Source of the DNA: Chromera velia
Taxonomy: Eukaryota
Direction of reading: 5' to 3'
NCBI GenBank assembly: GCA_018398765.1
Contig: JAHBMJ010000033.1
Coordinates: forward strand, 1 to 59,399
DNA: 59,399 nucleotides
The translations under genes were made by a program, and so were the position numbers. The first letter of the stretch is position 1. Every line of letters starts with the position of its first letter. Below, in pieces: positions 12,858 to 34,395 of this stretch. The notes under the pieces were generated by a model. That model was not told the DNA's origin and did not search any database. It saw only the letters and a program-made list of their open reading frames with translations.

Positions 12858-15124
12858 TACAGACCAAAGCTATCGATCAATCGATTGATGCATGGATGCA
12901 GACGTCTCTGCGCTCCTCTCTTCCTTCCTTCCTTCCTTCCTCCCTTCATTGAAGCACGCACCCAGCTCGAGGGATTCCGTCCGATTCCGATTCACACCCC
13001 CCAGGCAGCCAGGCAGGCAGTCAGGTCTAAATTGAGTACAGCTGTGTGTGTACAGGCAGGTGCACGCTTCCCTTTTTCGGAACGGCGGGCCCCTCTCCAC
13101 AAAACACCCACCACACCACACCACAACCATACAAACACTGCGCATTCACATTCCCCTTCCCACCGCAGACCTCCAAGCAAACCCCTATTCCTTCTGGATA
13201 CATGGGTAGAGCAGAATAGACAGAGCAGGACAGACTAGAACCATACGAGAGAGAAGGACAAGAGAGAGTGGGACGCCCCATGCACACATACGCGAACGGA
13301 CTTCCACCCACAAAAACACACGCTCGCACGCACATACACACACATCCAGACATCCATACACCCAGGCAGATCCCAACAAAGAAAGACATAGAGGAGGTGA
13401 ATGAAATTACTTGATGCTCATTCATCTGCTTTCCTTTCGTGTGGCGGCAGAATCCACTCATCATCCCCCCATCTCCCTTTCTTTCTCTCTTCCTTTCCTC
13501 TTCTCCGTCATCGTTTTTCTTTCTTGGCGCTGGGTGCATTCTCCCTCTTCACCCACTCATCAGTGTCACCCCTTCCCTCTCCCACTCGGAAGCTGAGATA
13601 GTGCCGCTGTGTTTGATTAAATATTAATGGAAAGATCGGCACATGCCCAAAGGCAAGGCCGATCTGACTCCTCCCTCCAGTCTCTGCTCTCCAACATGAA
13701 CTGAAGAAAGAAAGAGAAAAGAAACACGGCGAGAAAGAAAATCTGGCACTCTTTCTCTTCGATGGTTCTCTTCTCCATCAAATTCCCCAATCGCTTTTTC
13801 ATCCGTTACTCTTTTTCCACCGGACCTACTCTGTTTTACTCACTCAATTCAAATTCGCTTTTCCGCGCAAGGAAAAGACACCTACCTGTCAGGGTGTCGT
13901 GTTTTTTCCCAAAAATTCGTCCCGTGTTACCTCTTCCTCCTTGCTTTTTTTGTCGACGCCTCGGCTGGCTGACCATCTTACAAACTCCTCTCCACATCCC
14001 CTGCGCGACTTTCATTTTGCGGCTCTGTTCCTCTTCATCTTTTCTGTTCCCTCTCTTTCCATCGAGAGGAAGAAAGAGACCAAGACCAAACGTGCAGCCA
14101 GGCGAACAACTGACTTCCTTCTCATCCGTTGTGTCTCTGACTGAGCCTTCAGGCAGACACACAAACCTCCACAGACAACCAACCCATTTCTCCCCGACCA
14201 GCAACTTGTTTACAAGAATGAATCCAGCGAACGGATACAAAAGAGAGTCCCGACTTGAACCCGTGTAGAAAGGAAGATAGAAAGGAAGGAAGGAAGGAAG
14301 AATGAAAAGAAGAAGAAAAATTATCACTCCCCACCCACCCGCCCAGCAGGCAATTCAGCCCTCCTACACGTGCAAGAGGAAAGGCGATCACGATTCGTCT
14401 TTTGAAGGTTTGAGCAATTCCTTCCGCCTCGATCATCGCTCTACTATTTCACACACGGGCCCACACGCAGGGCAGCAGCGCAGTCACACACGCGAGGGCC
14501 TTCCTTCCATCCTGCGTGCTTTTCTTCGCGAAGCTGGGAGCACACGCGGTCGTTTCCCTCTATTCCTCCCCTCCCCCCCCCTTCATTCACGTACGCACGC
14601 ACACGCACACAGAGAGTGGGGGAGAGGGGGGGAAAGAGAAAGAAAGACAGACAGATAGACAGACATGCAGACAGAAGACACTCACACCCCCCCCCCNNNN
14701 NNNNNNNNNNNNNNNNCCCTCTCTCTCACACACACATACGGACACAAACTGTCTCCCAACAACCGTCAAACCCGGAGAAAAGAAGGAAGGACACGGCTTT
14801 CGATGTGCATCCCTTTCTTCGAATCACGCGGCCTTTCCATTCTTCACACCTCAACTGAGAAACCTTGTCATGCCTCGCATGACGGCTCTACATTGCCAAG
14901 CATAACAACTCTACAACTTGCTTGCCGGGGGGGCAAATGACTAATCAACCGTTTCACGGACTTGTTTTGCTTTGCTCTACCACGTTGGCGATGGATCATT
15001 TGGAATGGTTTACTGGCACGAGCAAACTAAGTGCCACATCAATGATTCGGTGTACTTCCTGAAGAGAACTTCTTTCTCAAACTTTCGCACCCCACTTTCA
15101 GACTGAGATGATCGACGAGTTCGT

Positions 15125-24086
<8,962 letters not shown>

Positions 24087-24560
24087 GATCCTGAACCTCC
24101 CTATCTCGTTTCAGCTGGATTCAGATTACCTCAACCTGGCCCACTGGACAGACGAAGTCTGTCTGGTCCTGCTGTACACTTGAGGTCGCAGTGAAGGCTT
24201 GATGCAAGGCTAAAGAAAAGACGTAATTGTACAATATGTCTGCAAACGGATAAGAACCAATCAAAGCCAGAGACGGCTAGCACTTGGTAGCCAAGAACGG
24301 CATTTTGCGAAACGAATGCCTTCGTCTTGCTTGGCCCGATATTTCATGAAAGTGGGCTTCGTCGGCAAATCAGGTTCTCTGTGAGTACGCCTTGCTAGCA
24401 TTCGTTGACGTCCAGCTGCTTAAATTCCTCAGACTCATTCCGTATATAGTGAGGACATGAACTGTCATGGCCGGCCGTGTAGACTGTGCTCATGCAGTGT
24501 GCGGACTTTTTTTTTTGTGATCGCTCCCCCGCGGCCGCGCGCGGCCTCGCGGGCTTTGCC

Positions 24561-24568
24561 TGCATGCA
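24561..24568. promoter_or_regulatory. TGCATGCA (ApiAP2-type) motif in the divergent intergenic region between the RRM gene and NAA20
   Basis: Palindromic TGCATGCA is a known ApiAP2 binding motif in apicomplexans and recurs throughout the window. Function here is inferred. Confidence 0.35.
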
Positions 24569-25053
24569 TGGGAGAGTCGTCCGGAGACGGCAAGCTAGTG
24601 AAGAGACGTCTCCACATCGTCTCGACATCATGCATTGTCTCGACTATTCTCGACTTGCCCCCTTAGAAAATCGAAAGCATACAGCCTTACTTCCCAACAT
24701 ACGGGAAGGAGGAAGGAGTTGACGACAACTCTAGACTACTGTCTTTGACGAGCTTTGGCAGTATATACGCACATTCACGGCAAAACAGGAGCACATTCAT
24801 GTGAGCTGGTGCAGAAGATCCCTCCATCGCAAAAAAACACCAGACAGGTCAGCAGAGACAACCTCAAACCAGCCCTTCAACAGCACTTTGACGAAAACAG
24901 ACAGGCCCGCTGCGCATCCCTTGGTCGCTGATCTGCCGGATTTTCTTGTTCGGGGATTTGTCCGCGCAGTTTCTGTCTGAAGAAGGGCCTTCTCCCCAAG
25001 CACAAGAGAAAGTCCAGCGCAGTCCACTCGAGTCACTGCAGGCGGTAGTGGTG

Positions 25054-25683
25054 ATGTACTCAATCCGTCCTATGACCATCGATGACCTTTACGTGATCAC
25101 GAATGTAAACCTAGACGCCTTCACTGAGACCTTCGCGATGAATTTCTACCTCCACTACCTGTCCAAGTGGCCTGAGTGCTGTTTCGTTGCCGAAGTAGCT
25201 GACGGGACCATAGCAGGGTACATGATCGGGAGGGTGGAGGGGTACGGGTTGGAGTGGCACGGACACTGCAGTGCCGTGACGGTGGCTCCGGAATATCGGC
25301 GTACGGGACTTGGGAATTTATTGATGCAGAGATTAGAGGAGATTTGTGAGCACACGCATAACTGCTTCTTCATGGATTTGTTCGTCCGTCCTTCCAACGT
25401 CCCTGCCCTGACGATGTACCGCAAAATGGGGTATGTCGTGTTTCGAACGATTGCGAATTACTATGGAGGAAATGAGGATGGCTACGACATGCGTAAGCCT
25501 CTCCCCCGAGACAGAGATTTGAAGTGTTTGGAAAAATCCGAAGAGAAGCCGCCAGGTATGGAAAACTTCTTTGGTAACGGAGGTGCGGGAAGGGGGAGAG
25601 CAGAGGAGACAAAAGCGGGGGGACAGCTGGAGGACGCAAGGCAACAGGGATCGGGGAAAAGGAGTGGGAAGAAAAAGAAATGA
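25054..25683 (+). CDS. NAA20: N-alpha-acetyltransferase 20 (NatB catalytic subunit), intronless CDS
   Basis: MYSIRPMTIDDLYVITNVNLDAFTETF…YLSKWPE…GYMIGRVEG…WHGHCSAVTVAPEYRRTGLG…FMDLFVRPSN…MYRKMGY…YYGGNEDGYDMRKPLPRD carries the NAA20/Nat3 GNAT motifs. Confidence 0.93.
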   Translation: MYSIRPMTIDDLYVITNVNLDAFTETFAMNFYLHYLSKWPECCFVAEVADGTIAGYMIGRVEGYGLEWHGHCSAVTVAPEYRRTGLGNLLMQRLEEICEHTHNCFFMDLFVRPSNVPALTMYRKMGYVVFRTIANYYGGNEDGYDMRKPLPRDRDLKCLEKSEEKPPGMENFFGNGGAGRGRAEETKAGGQLEDARQQGSGKRSGKKKK

Positions 25684-25949
25684 ATACATAGAGCCAGATG
25701 GACGGATACATATGTACTGATGGCGCTCGTTGACTGAAAAACTGTCTGTATCGGTGTGTATGGAAGTAGACACACACATAGACCCTCTGTCATACTGCAC
25801 TCTTGCAGAGCACATTGGTGTGTTCAGAGGTTTTCCAACTTCCTGCAGTGGGGCTTTGCGTCGCCTGGGCATTTAATTCTCTTTGAAGTCCTGCATGGAT
25901 TCGTCGCCCACGGCGGCCTTCTTCGCTTTGATGGCCGTGAAGTCACTCT

Positions 25950-26503
25950 CTGTCTGTCCGTCTGTCTACATGAAGAAAGGCAGGGAGAAGAAAGAAGCGT
26001 ATAGCCTGTATGTCTTGCTGCCTGTCTGCCTGTCTGCCTGCATCTCTGCCTGCCTGCTTGCCTGTATATCTGTATGTCTCCCTGCCTGTCTGTCTGCCCG
26101 CCTGTATGTCTGCCTGCCTGTACGTCTGCCTGCCCGTTTGCCTGCATCTCTGCCTCTCTGTTTGCCTGTATGTCTGTATGCCTCCCTGCCTGTCTGTATG
26201 TCTGCCTGTCTGCCTGCCTTTCTGCCGGCGTATCTGCCTGCCTGCCTGTCTGAGTGCCTGTCTGTATGCCTGTCTGTCTGTGTGCCTGTCTGTATGCCTG
26301 TTTGCCTGTATGTCTGTATGTCTGCCTGTCTGTATGCTTGCCTGCCTGCCTTTTTGCCTGCGTGTCTGCCGGCCTGCCTGCCTGTCTGTCTGTCTGTCTG
26401 TCTTTGTCTGAGTTGTCGTGATGTTCTTTTGTCTTTGTTGCTTTCTTTCTTTTTGTCTATTGTGTTCATGAAGAAAAGGAGGGAGAAGAAGAAGAAACAT
26501 ATA

Positions 26504-26543
<40 letters not shown>

Positions 26544-26900
26544 TCCGTTTGTTTGTTTGTTTGTCTGTCTGTGTGCCTGTCTGTCTGTCTGTGTGCCTGT
26601 CTGTCTGTCTGTCTGTCTGTCTGAGGGAAAAAAGACGATATAGTCTGTCTCAGGGAAAGAAACCATATAGTCTGTCTGTCTGTCTGTCTGTCTGTCTGCG
26701 TCTGTCTGTTTGTTTTTTTGTCTTTGTTCTTTCTTTCTTTTTGCCTATTGTGTACAAGAAGAAAAGAAGGGAGAAGAAGAAACTTATAGTCTGTCTGTGT
26801 GCCTGTGTGTGTGTCTGCGTGTCTGTCTGTGTATCTGTGTTTGTGTGTCTGTCTGTGTGTCTGTGCTTGTGTGTCTGTCTGTGTGTGCGCGTCTGAAAAG
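25950..26900. repeat. (TGTC/TGCC)n microsatellite tract with embedded copies of a TTCATGAAGAAAAGGAGGGAGAAGAAGAAACATATAG module
   Basis: Seen directly. The module at about 26420-26510 matches the reverse complement of 54120-54210. Confidence 0.8.
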
Positions 26901-27214
26901 ACCATCGAGGGAGCTGCTGCTGGGAGGGGAAGGGGACGTCAGGTGATTGCTGTTGCCAAGCGGCCGACTGCGTTGCGATTGTTCTGGACGCAACGAAGGA
27001 CGACAACCGGAAGGAGAAAGGGAGAAGAAAAAACGAGATTGTCTGTCTGTCTGTCTAAGAACAGGAGGGGAAAAAAAGAGAAGAAAAATCAATGTATAAT
27101 CTATCGAAGAAAAGAAAGAACAAGAAGAAGAATCGAAGTCTGCATGGAGTCATATTGTCTGTCTGTGTGCCATCCTGCCTTCCTGCCTGTCCGTCTGGTT
27201 TTTGGGGGTGGCAC

Positions 27215-27246
<32 letters not shown>

Positions 27247-27752
27247 TAACTAAAACACAATAAGAATATATTTGACTCAAAGCCATAAGTAGCATGGTTG
27301 TGACTCAAAGCCATGATCTCTTTCAGTTGCTTTTTGTCTCATTCTGGCAGTGTTTTAACTCGCTTCGTTTTGTCGTCCATCTGCTGAAGTCATCTCTCTT
27401 TGGAGATCGGAGATTGATTGTGAAACCTGTTCTTTTCAGTCATCGTTTCCTTAATTCCCAATTGAGTACACCCACCTTGTCCCTCTCTCTCAAATTTCTT
27501 CTTTCAGATTTGAGCTTCTTTCAAGTTCATGCATCATTCACATTCAGTACGTCACAGTGAATGAGTCTGTTCCTAATTTGTGAATCCCAAATAAAACTAG
27601 GAACTAGACTAGGAACTCAACAAGAATCCGGACACTGACATGCATGCCCATGGACTGCCAGAACTGGTGCCAGAAGCTCAGCTCCACTTGGCTACTAGAT
27701 TGTCATTCGTTCTGAATTGTTCATCTGATTCAACTTCCGAGTCATTAATTCA

Positions 27753-27840
27753 GGCCGATACCTGGCAGTGGACTGCGCCGCCGCGGGGATTCCCGGAACA
27801 TAAACCCTATGATTGATTGATTGATTGATTGATTGATTTG
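27753..27840 (+). repeat. Short structured repeat, copy B, with a (GATT)n tail
   Basis: ggccgatacctggcagtggactgcgccgccgcggggattcccggaacataaaccctat(gatt)n. Confidence 0.8.
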
Positions 27841-27963
27841 AATATTTTAGATATATAAGCAGCCCAGTAACAGCTAGTCCCAGGCTGCAGAATCAGTGCA
27901 TACAGATTTTACTATACTAGTAGATCTTGATGTTAAGCTTCATTAATTCAAAATCATATCCTA

Positions 27964-28502
27964 GGGCATGCACTCAAAAAAAAAAAAAAAGTGAAAAGAC
28001 TTTTAGTTTTTTTTTTTTTAGAAGACAAATGTGTGAAACTTTTTTTGAAAGACAATTCGTGACCTAGTTTATGACTGATCCACGAAAAGACGACAGGATC
28101 AAGATTGATGTGTATCATTTTCTTGCTTCTTGTGTAAGGGAGCGAGCAGAGATGAAAAACGACAAAGCACTTGAAATATCAAAAGCGACACGTTTGGTCC
28201 GCGTGCAAGCAACTGGAGAGGTGACTAGAAGAAAAAGAGGGCCCGGGCACCACTTAAAAAGAAAAGTCGTACCAAATAATTAATTTATTTACCAATTCAT
28301 AGAAATTACTAATTCATATTCTATCTATAATGAAATAGCTATAAGGCTAGCTATATGGTAAACTAGATGGTTAAAGCTATGGTGATAGACAAAAGATTGA
28401 ACTTAGGGTTGACCACTAGAAGTAAAAGCTTAGGTTAAAACATTAAAAAAAAAAAATTCAAAACCCCTCAGGCTTTTATTTTTTTTTTAAGAGTGCATGC
28501 CC
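27964..28502. mobile_element. MITE with GGGCATGCACTC TIRs flanked by TA
   Basis: CTAGGGCATGCACTC+polyA at 27961 and polyT+GAGTGCATGCCCTAG at 28491-28505; no coding capacity. Confidence 0.8.
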
Positions 28503-28514
28503 TAGAGGATTATA

Positions 28515-28584
28515 TAAGATAAGATGGGATGGGATTTATGTTCTAGGTTGCCCCGCAGGCTGCCGCAGCCCACATGCGCCAGTG
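28515..28584 (-). repeat. Short structured repeat, copy C (3' part; interrupted by the hAT-like element)
   Basis: Reverse complement is cactggcgcatgtgggctgcggcagcctgcggggcaacctagaacataaatcccatcccatcttatc; it continues at 29463-29520. Confidence 0.7.
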
Positions 28585-29462
28585 ATAGGGGTGTAAGAAC
28601 GGGGAGGGGGGGTGCGTTCAAGCTCTTAGGACTCCAGATCCGACGGGGTCCCCCCCGTTCGAGCTCTAAGGAGATCAGACCCCTGTGAACGGGAACCCCC
28701 CCGTTCGGAAAGCTCTAGGTGAGAAAAAGTGCTAGGTCATGAAGATAACCTAGATAATGACCTTCATAAAGCCTAAAGTTTAACTATTCTCAACTCTAAC
28801 TCAAAACATACTTAAACTTCTGAAATTCTAGCTAAAATCTTCTTATAACATTTTGTAACTTGAATAAAATTAACTTCAAGATTGGGGTTCCGTTTCATGG
28901 CACGGTCCCAATCTTCCTTCATCTCCGGTCGGCTTTTCTTTGTGTTCAGGCCAGGCTTGCTTGTTATAGCAGCATGGTCCATACTCCGCTTTGGAGGGAA
29001 TCTCAAAAAAGACATTTTGAAGTACGAATCTTCACAGCATCTTGAAAGAGCTTCAGAGGGAAAGACAATGAAAAAATTAATGGTCGGCAACGGATCAGCG
29101 ATCTCAATGGGGTCCGGGCTTGAGTAGCAGAATCAGCAGCAGTGAGCGGTGTGAGAGCGTCACAGTCAGTAGCACTGTAAGGCAAGAGAAAACAAAACAA
29201 CCATACAAGAAAGCGACTGTTCACAGAAGGCGGGGCATGGCGGGGCAGGTGAATCATTCAGTGACAGACTCGAAAAATTAATTTTGATTGCGCGCACGAA
29301 CTCTGCGCGCCCCTTCCCCCCCCGTTCGATCCGATAGGTCCCCCCCCCCGTTCGCGCTCTGTGGCCCCATCCGAAGGACGGGGCCCCCCCGTCGGGCAGG
29401 CTCCTACCTGCCCCACCGACAGGGTCCCCCCCCCCCGGCCAAAAGAGATTTTACACCCCTTT
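28585..29462. mobile_element. Non-autonomous TIR element (hAT-like), 878 bp
   Basis: TIRs ATAGGGGTGTAA / TTACACCCCTTT; perfect 8-bp TSD CGCCAGTG (28577-28584, 29463-29470); repeated subterminal CCCCCCGTTCG motifs. Confidence 0.85.
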
Positions 29463-32400
29463 CGCCAGTGTATCTAGGTGTATCTAGCAGTGTATACGGC
29501 CGCATACTACTGCACCGTATACGTACGATATAGCTTCAAGTTATAATTTGAAAAGTCTACTAGAAGGTTTGTATGTATTTATATATACCCTTTAAAACTT
29601 ATAGTGAATGTACAAATGATAACAAATGAATTTTAGTGAATTGGGATGAATTGATTCAAATAAATTCATATGAATTTAAGCTAATTTGAGCACTGAATTT
29701 ATATAAATTTGAGTGTCAGAATGAGTAAATGGATTTTGATCTTAGTAGATTTTGATATAAATTAAGTAAGGAGTCTTTAGCAAGCTCAACTCACTTAGAA
29801 TTCTTAAATACATATGCATTGAAATTCATTTAAATTCCCGATCTAGTTCCCGATTTAAAATGGACCCAGACAACAATTGTTGTTTCTTGGCTTTAAAAAA
29901 TTTGAAAGTGATTGACCCTAAGTTTTGGCGGAGGGGAAAAATCTGCAGCAAAAGAGATTATATAATTAATTATAATTAATAAAAAAATGTCATTGTTTTT
30001 TTCCCTTACTAGGACCCCTAGTTTTCCTAAATGTTTTCTAATTTTCCTGTATATAGCCGATCGATATCGACGTGCACTGCGTCGTCCAGCTTTGAATACT
30101 TACCAGGATTTATCTTTAATCCGGTCTTTTTTTTTTTTATGATAGGTTTATTAAGGTTTATATAGATGAAGTTTACCGACATTGTCACTGCGGCACATTG
30201 CATGTATAATAATTGTAATTGCATGTTGTTTCAAGCCTGTTTGTTAATGGTGCTACTCTCGGTCATGACTTACTTATTCGCAGTTGTTGTCGGCTTTTCT
30301 GAATCGATCCACCGCTTTATTCAATTTTGCAAACACACGAATGCACTGCATTCGTGTATGATTGCCACCAGAGCTGTACATTTCTAGCATGGTTTTGACT
30401 GCGCTGATTTCTTTTGCGTTGATTTCAAAATTCAGTTCTTGCAGAGGAATAACAGGCGGAGTCCGAGGCAGGGCGCCGACCATCATAACTTCATTGGCAG
30501 CAGAAGAGGCAACAGAGTCGGCAGCTAGGTCACCCATGAAGGACCTCCCCACCGCCATGACCCCAAGACCGGCCACTGCGCCAATCAGACGACCCTGACG
30601 ACGTCGGCTCGGGGCCGCTGGAATCCGCCCTTCTTGGCCGTCACCATGAGCGTCACGCCGCGTTGTCCGACTGGCACCGGCTCTGCGGTTTTGGTTTTCT
30701 CGCCGCTGGAGTTCTTGTTCGAGCTCCGCGGGAGAAAACGCAAGCCCAGCGGGGAGACGTCCGATCAGCACCCTGCACGTAATACGCTTTAATCCTTTGT
30801 GCACCGTTGTGCACATTGTCAAATTCAATTTGGACCGAGATATGGGTACACACCGTCAAATCAGTCAGCCTGAGTCAGGAAAGGTGCGGTTGGTACCAGA
30901 GAGACTCGCCAGAGGGACCGACTGCATTCCTGGAAATCCAAGCAGAACGGAAAGACATCAAGCAGTTTGACCCTTCACTTCACGTTAAATCATTTCTTCA
31001 ATTAATAATCCACTCTATTTCACTGAAAGGTCGACCTGATCGATCCTTCGCGAAGAAAACGTTTAATAACTTTAAGTAATCAATTACTCTCTGAACCTCT
31101 ATGCATCATGTATGATAGAATTGTCTGCAACACAATTTCTGGGCGACGGCCAAAAGCAGTGCACAGGATTCGTCACGGGAATAACGCGCATTCATCATTC
31201 AATTAGATAGAATCAAATTCAAGGTAGACTGACTGTATCTCTCTGACGGTTTTCTTGCACTTCCGGAGCGCTGTCTGTGTCTCTTCCTCCTCCTCTGCGT
31301 GGGCCGGGCGCCACTCCTCCTCCTCTGCGGGAGCAACTGGTCCAGCAAAGGCCGTTCCCCTCCAATCCTCCTTCCTCTTCTCGTCCACCTTCTATCACCT
31401 TCTTGCAAGAAGTCTGAAGAGATACCAGGGGAGCTGTTGAAATGCTGACCGATGTCGTCGGTCGCCTGATAACGTGTGACATCGAATGAGGTGCCATCTC
31501 CAAACAACACATCTTCTTGTTCCAGACTGGGTGCCCATTGCCGTTGGGTTGGTGATGACGACCACCAAGTGTGATTGTGCCCGTCCATGCTGCAATGCAT
31601 GTGCTTGAATGAAGTCGGCGTTCAAGTCGCAACACTCATTGTCACACTGATGGCTCTCAGCTGAAGCCGTGATGGGGGGGATCTTCTGAATCAGTCACAG
31701 TGCACAGGAATGTTGCCACATGCAGTCTTGCATGTCGATCACTGTATATATGGTGTTGCATTGTACAGTTGCATATGCATGTGATCATATGTGCGTTAAA
31801 ATTCCGGGGCCACGTCGCGCCGACGATTATTCGCGGACAACGCCGCGGACATGCCATAGCCCAGAAAGTTTGTTCGCCAGGCGGATGTGACATGATACGG
31901 TCACAATTCTCAAGTATTTTTTTTTTTTTCAAGCAATACACATGCTGCATCTTTCGATACTCGGACTCTCGCCTTTTCTGATTGCTTTGTGACTGTCACA
32001 ATTGACACCTCGCTGCATAGTAACTTGCAGTCTGCAGTGCATTTCAAACATATTGCATGTTTCTTGCTTTTCTTGCTGCGTGCAGGTACGACTATGCAGA
32101 ACACACACAACCGAACGGGGAACATTCGCGGTGAGTTATTAATTGTTTTAGCGCAACCAGCTGTCTGCCCTGTCTGCCCGTGCCTCTTCTTTCGTGACAA
32201 CAATGGCGAAACGCGTCAGAAAAGAGGCTGACGCAATTTCAAACAGCACAGGGTCTTCTGCCATGGACGAGCACGTTCAGGCTGCACACTTGAGAGCATT
32301 GATTTTTTCAACGCAGGGCCAGAGGAAACAAGACAGCTTGAAACTGCTATGGTCGCGACCAACATGTCAATCAAGTGGGTTTCCTGAACTTTCTCGTGTC

Positions 32401-32498
32401 ATTTACAGCTCGATGCAGGATGGACATCTCTGCTCTTTTCGTGCCTTTCTGCAGGTCCGCCACTGGACAAAAACGGTGGGTAACCCTCCTCCTAGCTC

Positions 32499-32780
32499 CC
32501 TCCAGTCCTTGCCGCACAGACTCCTTCCCTTCCCTCCAGTCCTTGCCGCACAGACTCCTTCCCTTCCCTCCAGTCCTAGCCGCACAGACTCCTTCCCTTC
32601 CCTCCAGTCCTTGCCGCACAGACTCCTTCTCTTCCCTCCAGTCCTTGCCGCACAGACTCCTTCTCTTCCCTCCAGTCCTTGCCGCGCAGACTCCTTCTCT
32701 TCCCTTCAATCCCTGCCGTGCAGACTCTTGCCCGCCTTCCCTCTAGTCTAGCCTCCAGCCCTTGTCCGCCTTCCCTCCAG
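32499..32780. repeat. 34-bp minisatellite (about 7-8 decaying copies)
   Basis: Unit is ctccagtccttgccgcacagactccttcccttcc. Confidence 0.9.
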
Positions 32781-34395
32781 CCCTTAATTGCCGTGCAGAT
32801 TCCACCCCTTCCCTGTAGCCCTTGCCGCGCAGACCCTACAGCCAGTGCCGCCCAGACCCCCCCCCATTCCCTCCAGCCCCCCCCCCACTGCGCTTGTTTC
32901 AGGCAATCTGAGTGGTCTCTTCAGGCGTACAGCAATCAAGAGAGCATTCAAGCAATGAGACGCAGGCGTAACCCCCATGCATGTCTCCCACTGCATGTGT
33001 GTGCAGCAATGAAGGGAGCAACGACACGAGCACAACGGCACCGGACCCTGTAACCAATCGGTACCAGATGATCGAGTCCATCGGAATCATGCCCCCACGC
33101 TACGTGCGCATGTTTTTCCCGGAGAGCATCGTCAGCGCCATGACAGACATGGACTTCGAGCGCCTCATTGTCGAGCTTCGAGACGGGCGTGTACACATGA
33201 AGACGCAAGTCCAGGTGACACTCTCGGTTGGGGCAAGAACCTTTTTCAGGAAGGTCGCCATGCAGCCTTCACTCTCGGAGGAAGGGGTGAGGGGGGAAGT
33301 TGTCAGGATGGCCGATCATGGAGAAAATGAATCCGAAAGAGAAGTAAGATAATGAAATCGGTTCATCATCGAGGCTGTGAGTGGTCTCTCATTTGTTCAT
33401 TGACTGATTCATGTCGTGTTTCCTTTCCTGTTTGCTTGCGGTCTTGCTTCTGCCCGCCTGCCGCAGCTGAAACGAAAAAAAAAAGAGAAGTCAGGAATTA
33501 AGGTGGCGCACTCTGGGCGGGATGTAGTGAGCCTTTTTTTTAGTCGTCACGCTTTGTCTGACTGTCTCCATTCGTCATATTCGTCGCCTTCTCGCACGCA
33601 TCTAATTCTTCCACTACACGCCCACGCGCACGCGCACATACACACGCTGATTGTCCACTTAAGCACACCTGCAGGCAGGCAAGCGCAGTCTTCTCAGACC
33701 AACTGAATCAGTAAACTCGCAACAAGCGAAACCAACTCGGCTGACTTACCATTCCGAATCGAAGTTTCCGTCCCCACTCCTCGTTCCTTCGAACGCTTTA
33801 ATGCATGCATGTGCGCGTACAAATATTATTCGTTTCATGTGTGTCCGATTGACAGGATCGATCACAATCATCCCATTCATGAACATATCGATCGGTCTCT
33901 CTGCTATATACGTACACGCCTGCACGCACACATCCCAACACATGTCGCATCGGTCTAAACCAGCCTTCAAACCCATCTAGCTGGCGCTTTCATGCGTACC
34001 AGATCGTTTGCATTCTCCAATTGACTCAATTTTTAGTCCAATAGGCACATATATTAATGATCAAAAAATAAATTAGTTAACAGAATTTTAATGGGAAAAA
34101 AATAACCCATATATAGCTTGATGGCAGTTGATGCTGCTTGAATATAGTTTTTGACTTTATAATTTGAAATATAAAAAAATAAAGATTGGCACTAGCTACC
34201 AGCTAGTGAAAGAAGTGATGTTAATTTATATTATTTTAATACGCGCTAGTTTATATGTCTTGGACAGTCTAGATTAGTCTAGATCATATCAAATGATTCA
34301 AAATTTCAAATCAAACCGGTATTACTCTACTAATCTCTACTAGTAACTCTAACTATACTATTAGTAGGTAGTACTAATTACTAAGCTACTGAGAC

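Noticed and set aside
24946..25053. N-terminal extension of NAA20 in the ORF track
   Set aside because: It starts at a non-ATG codon; family homology begins at ATG 25054.
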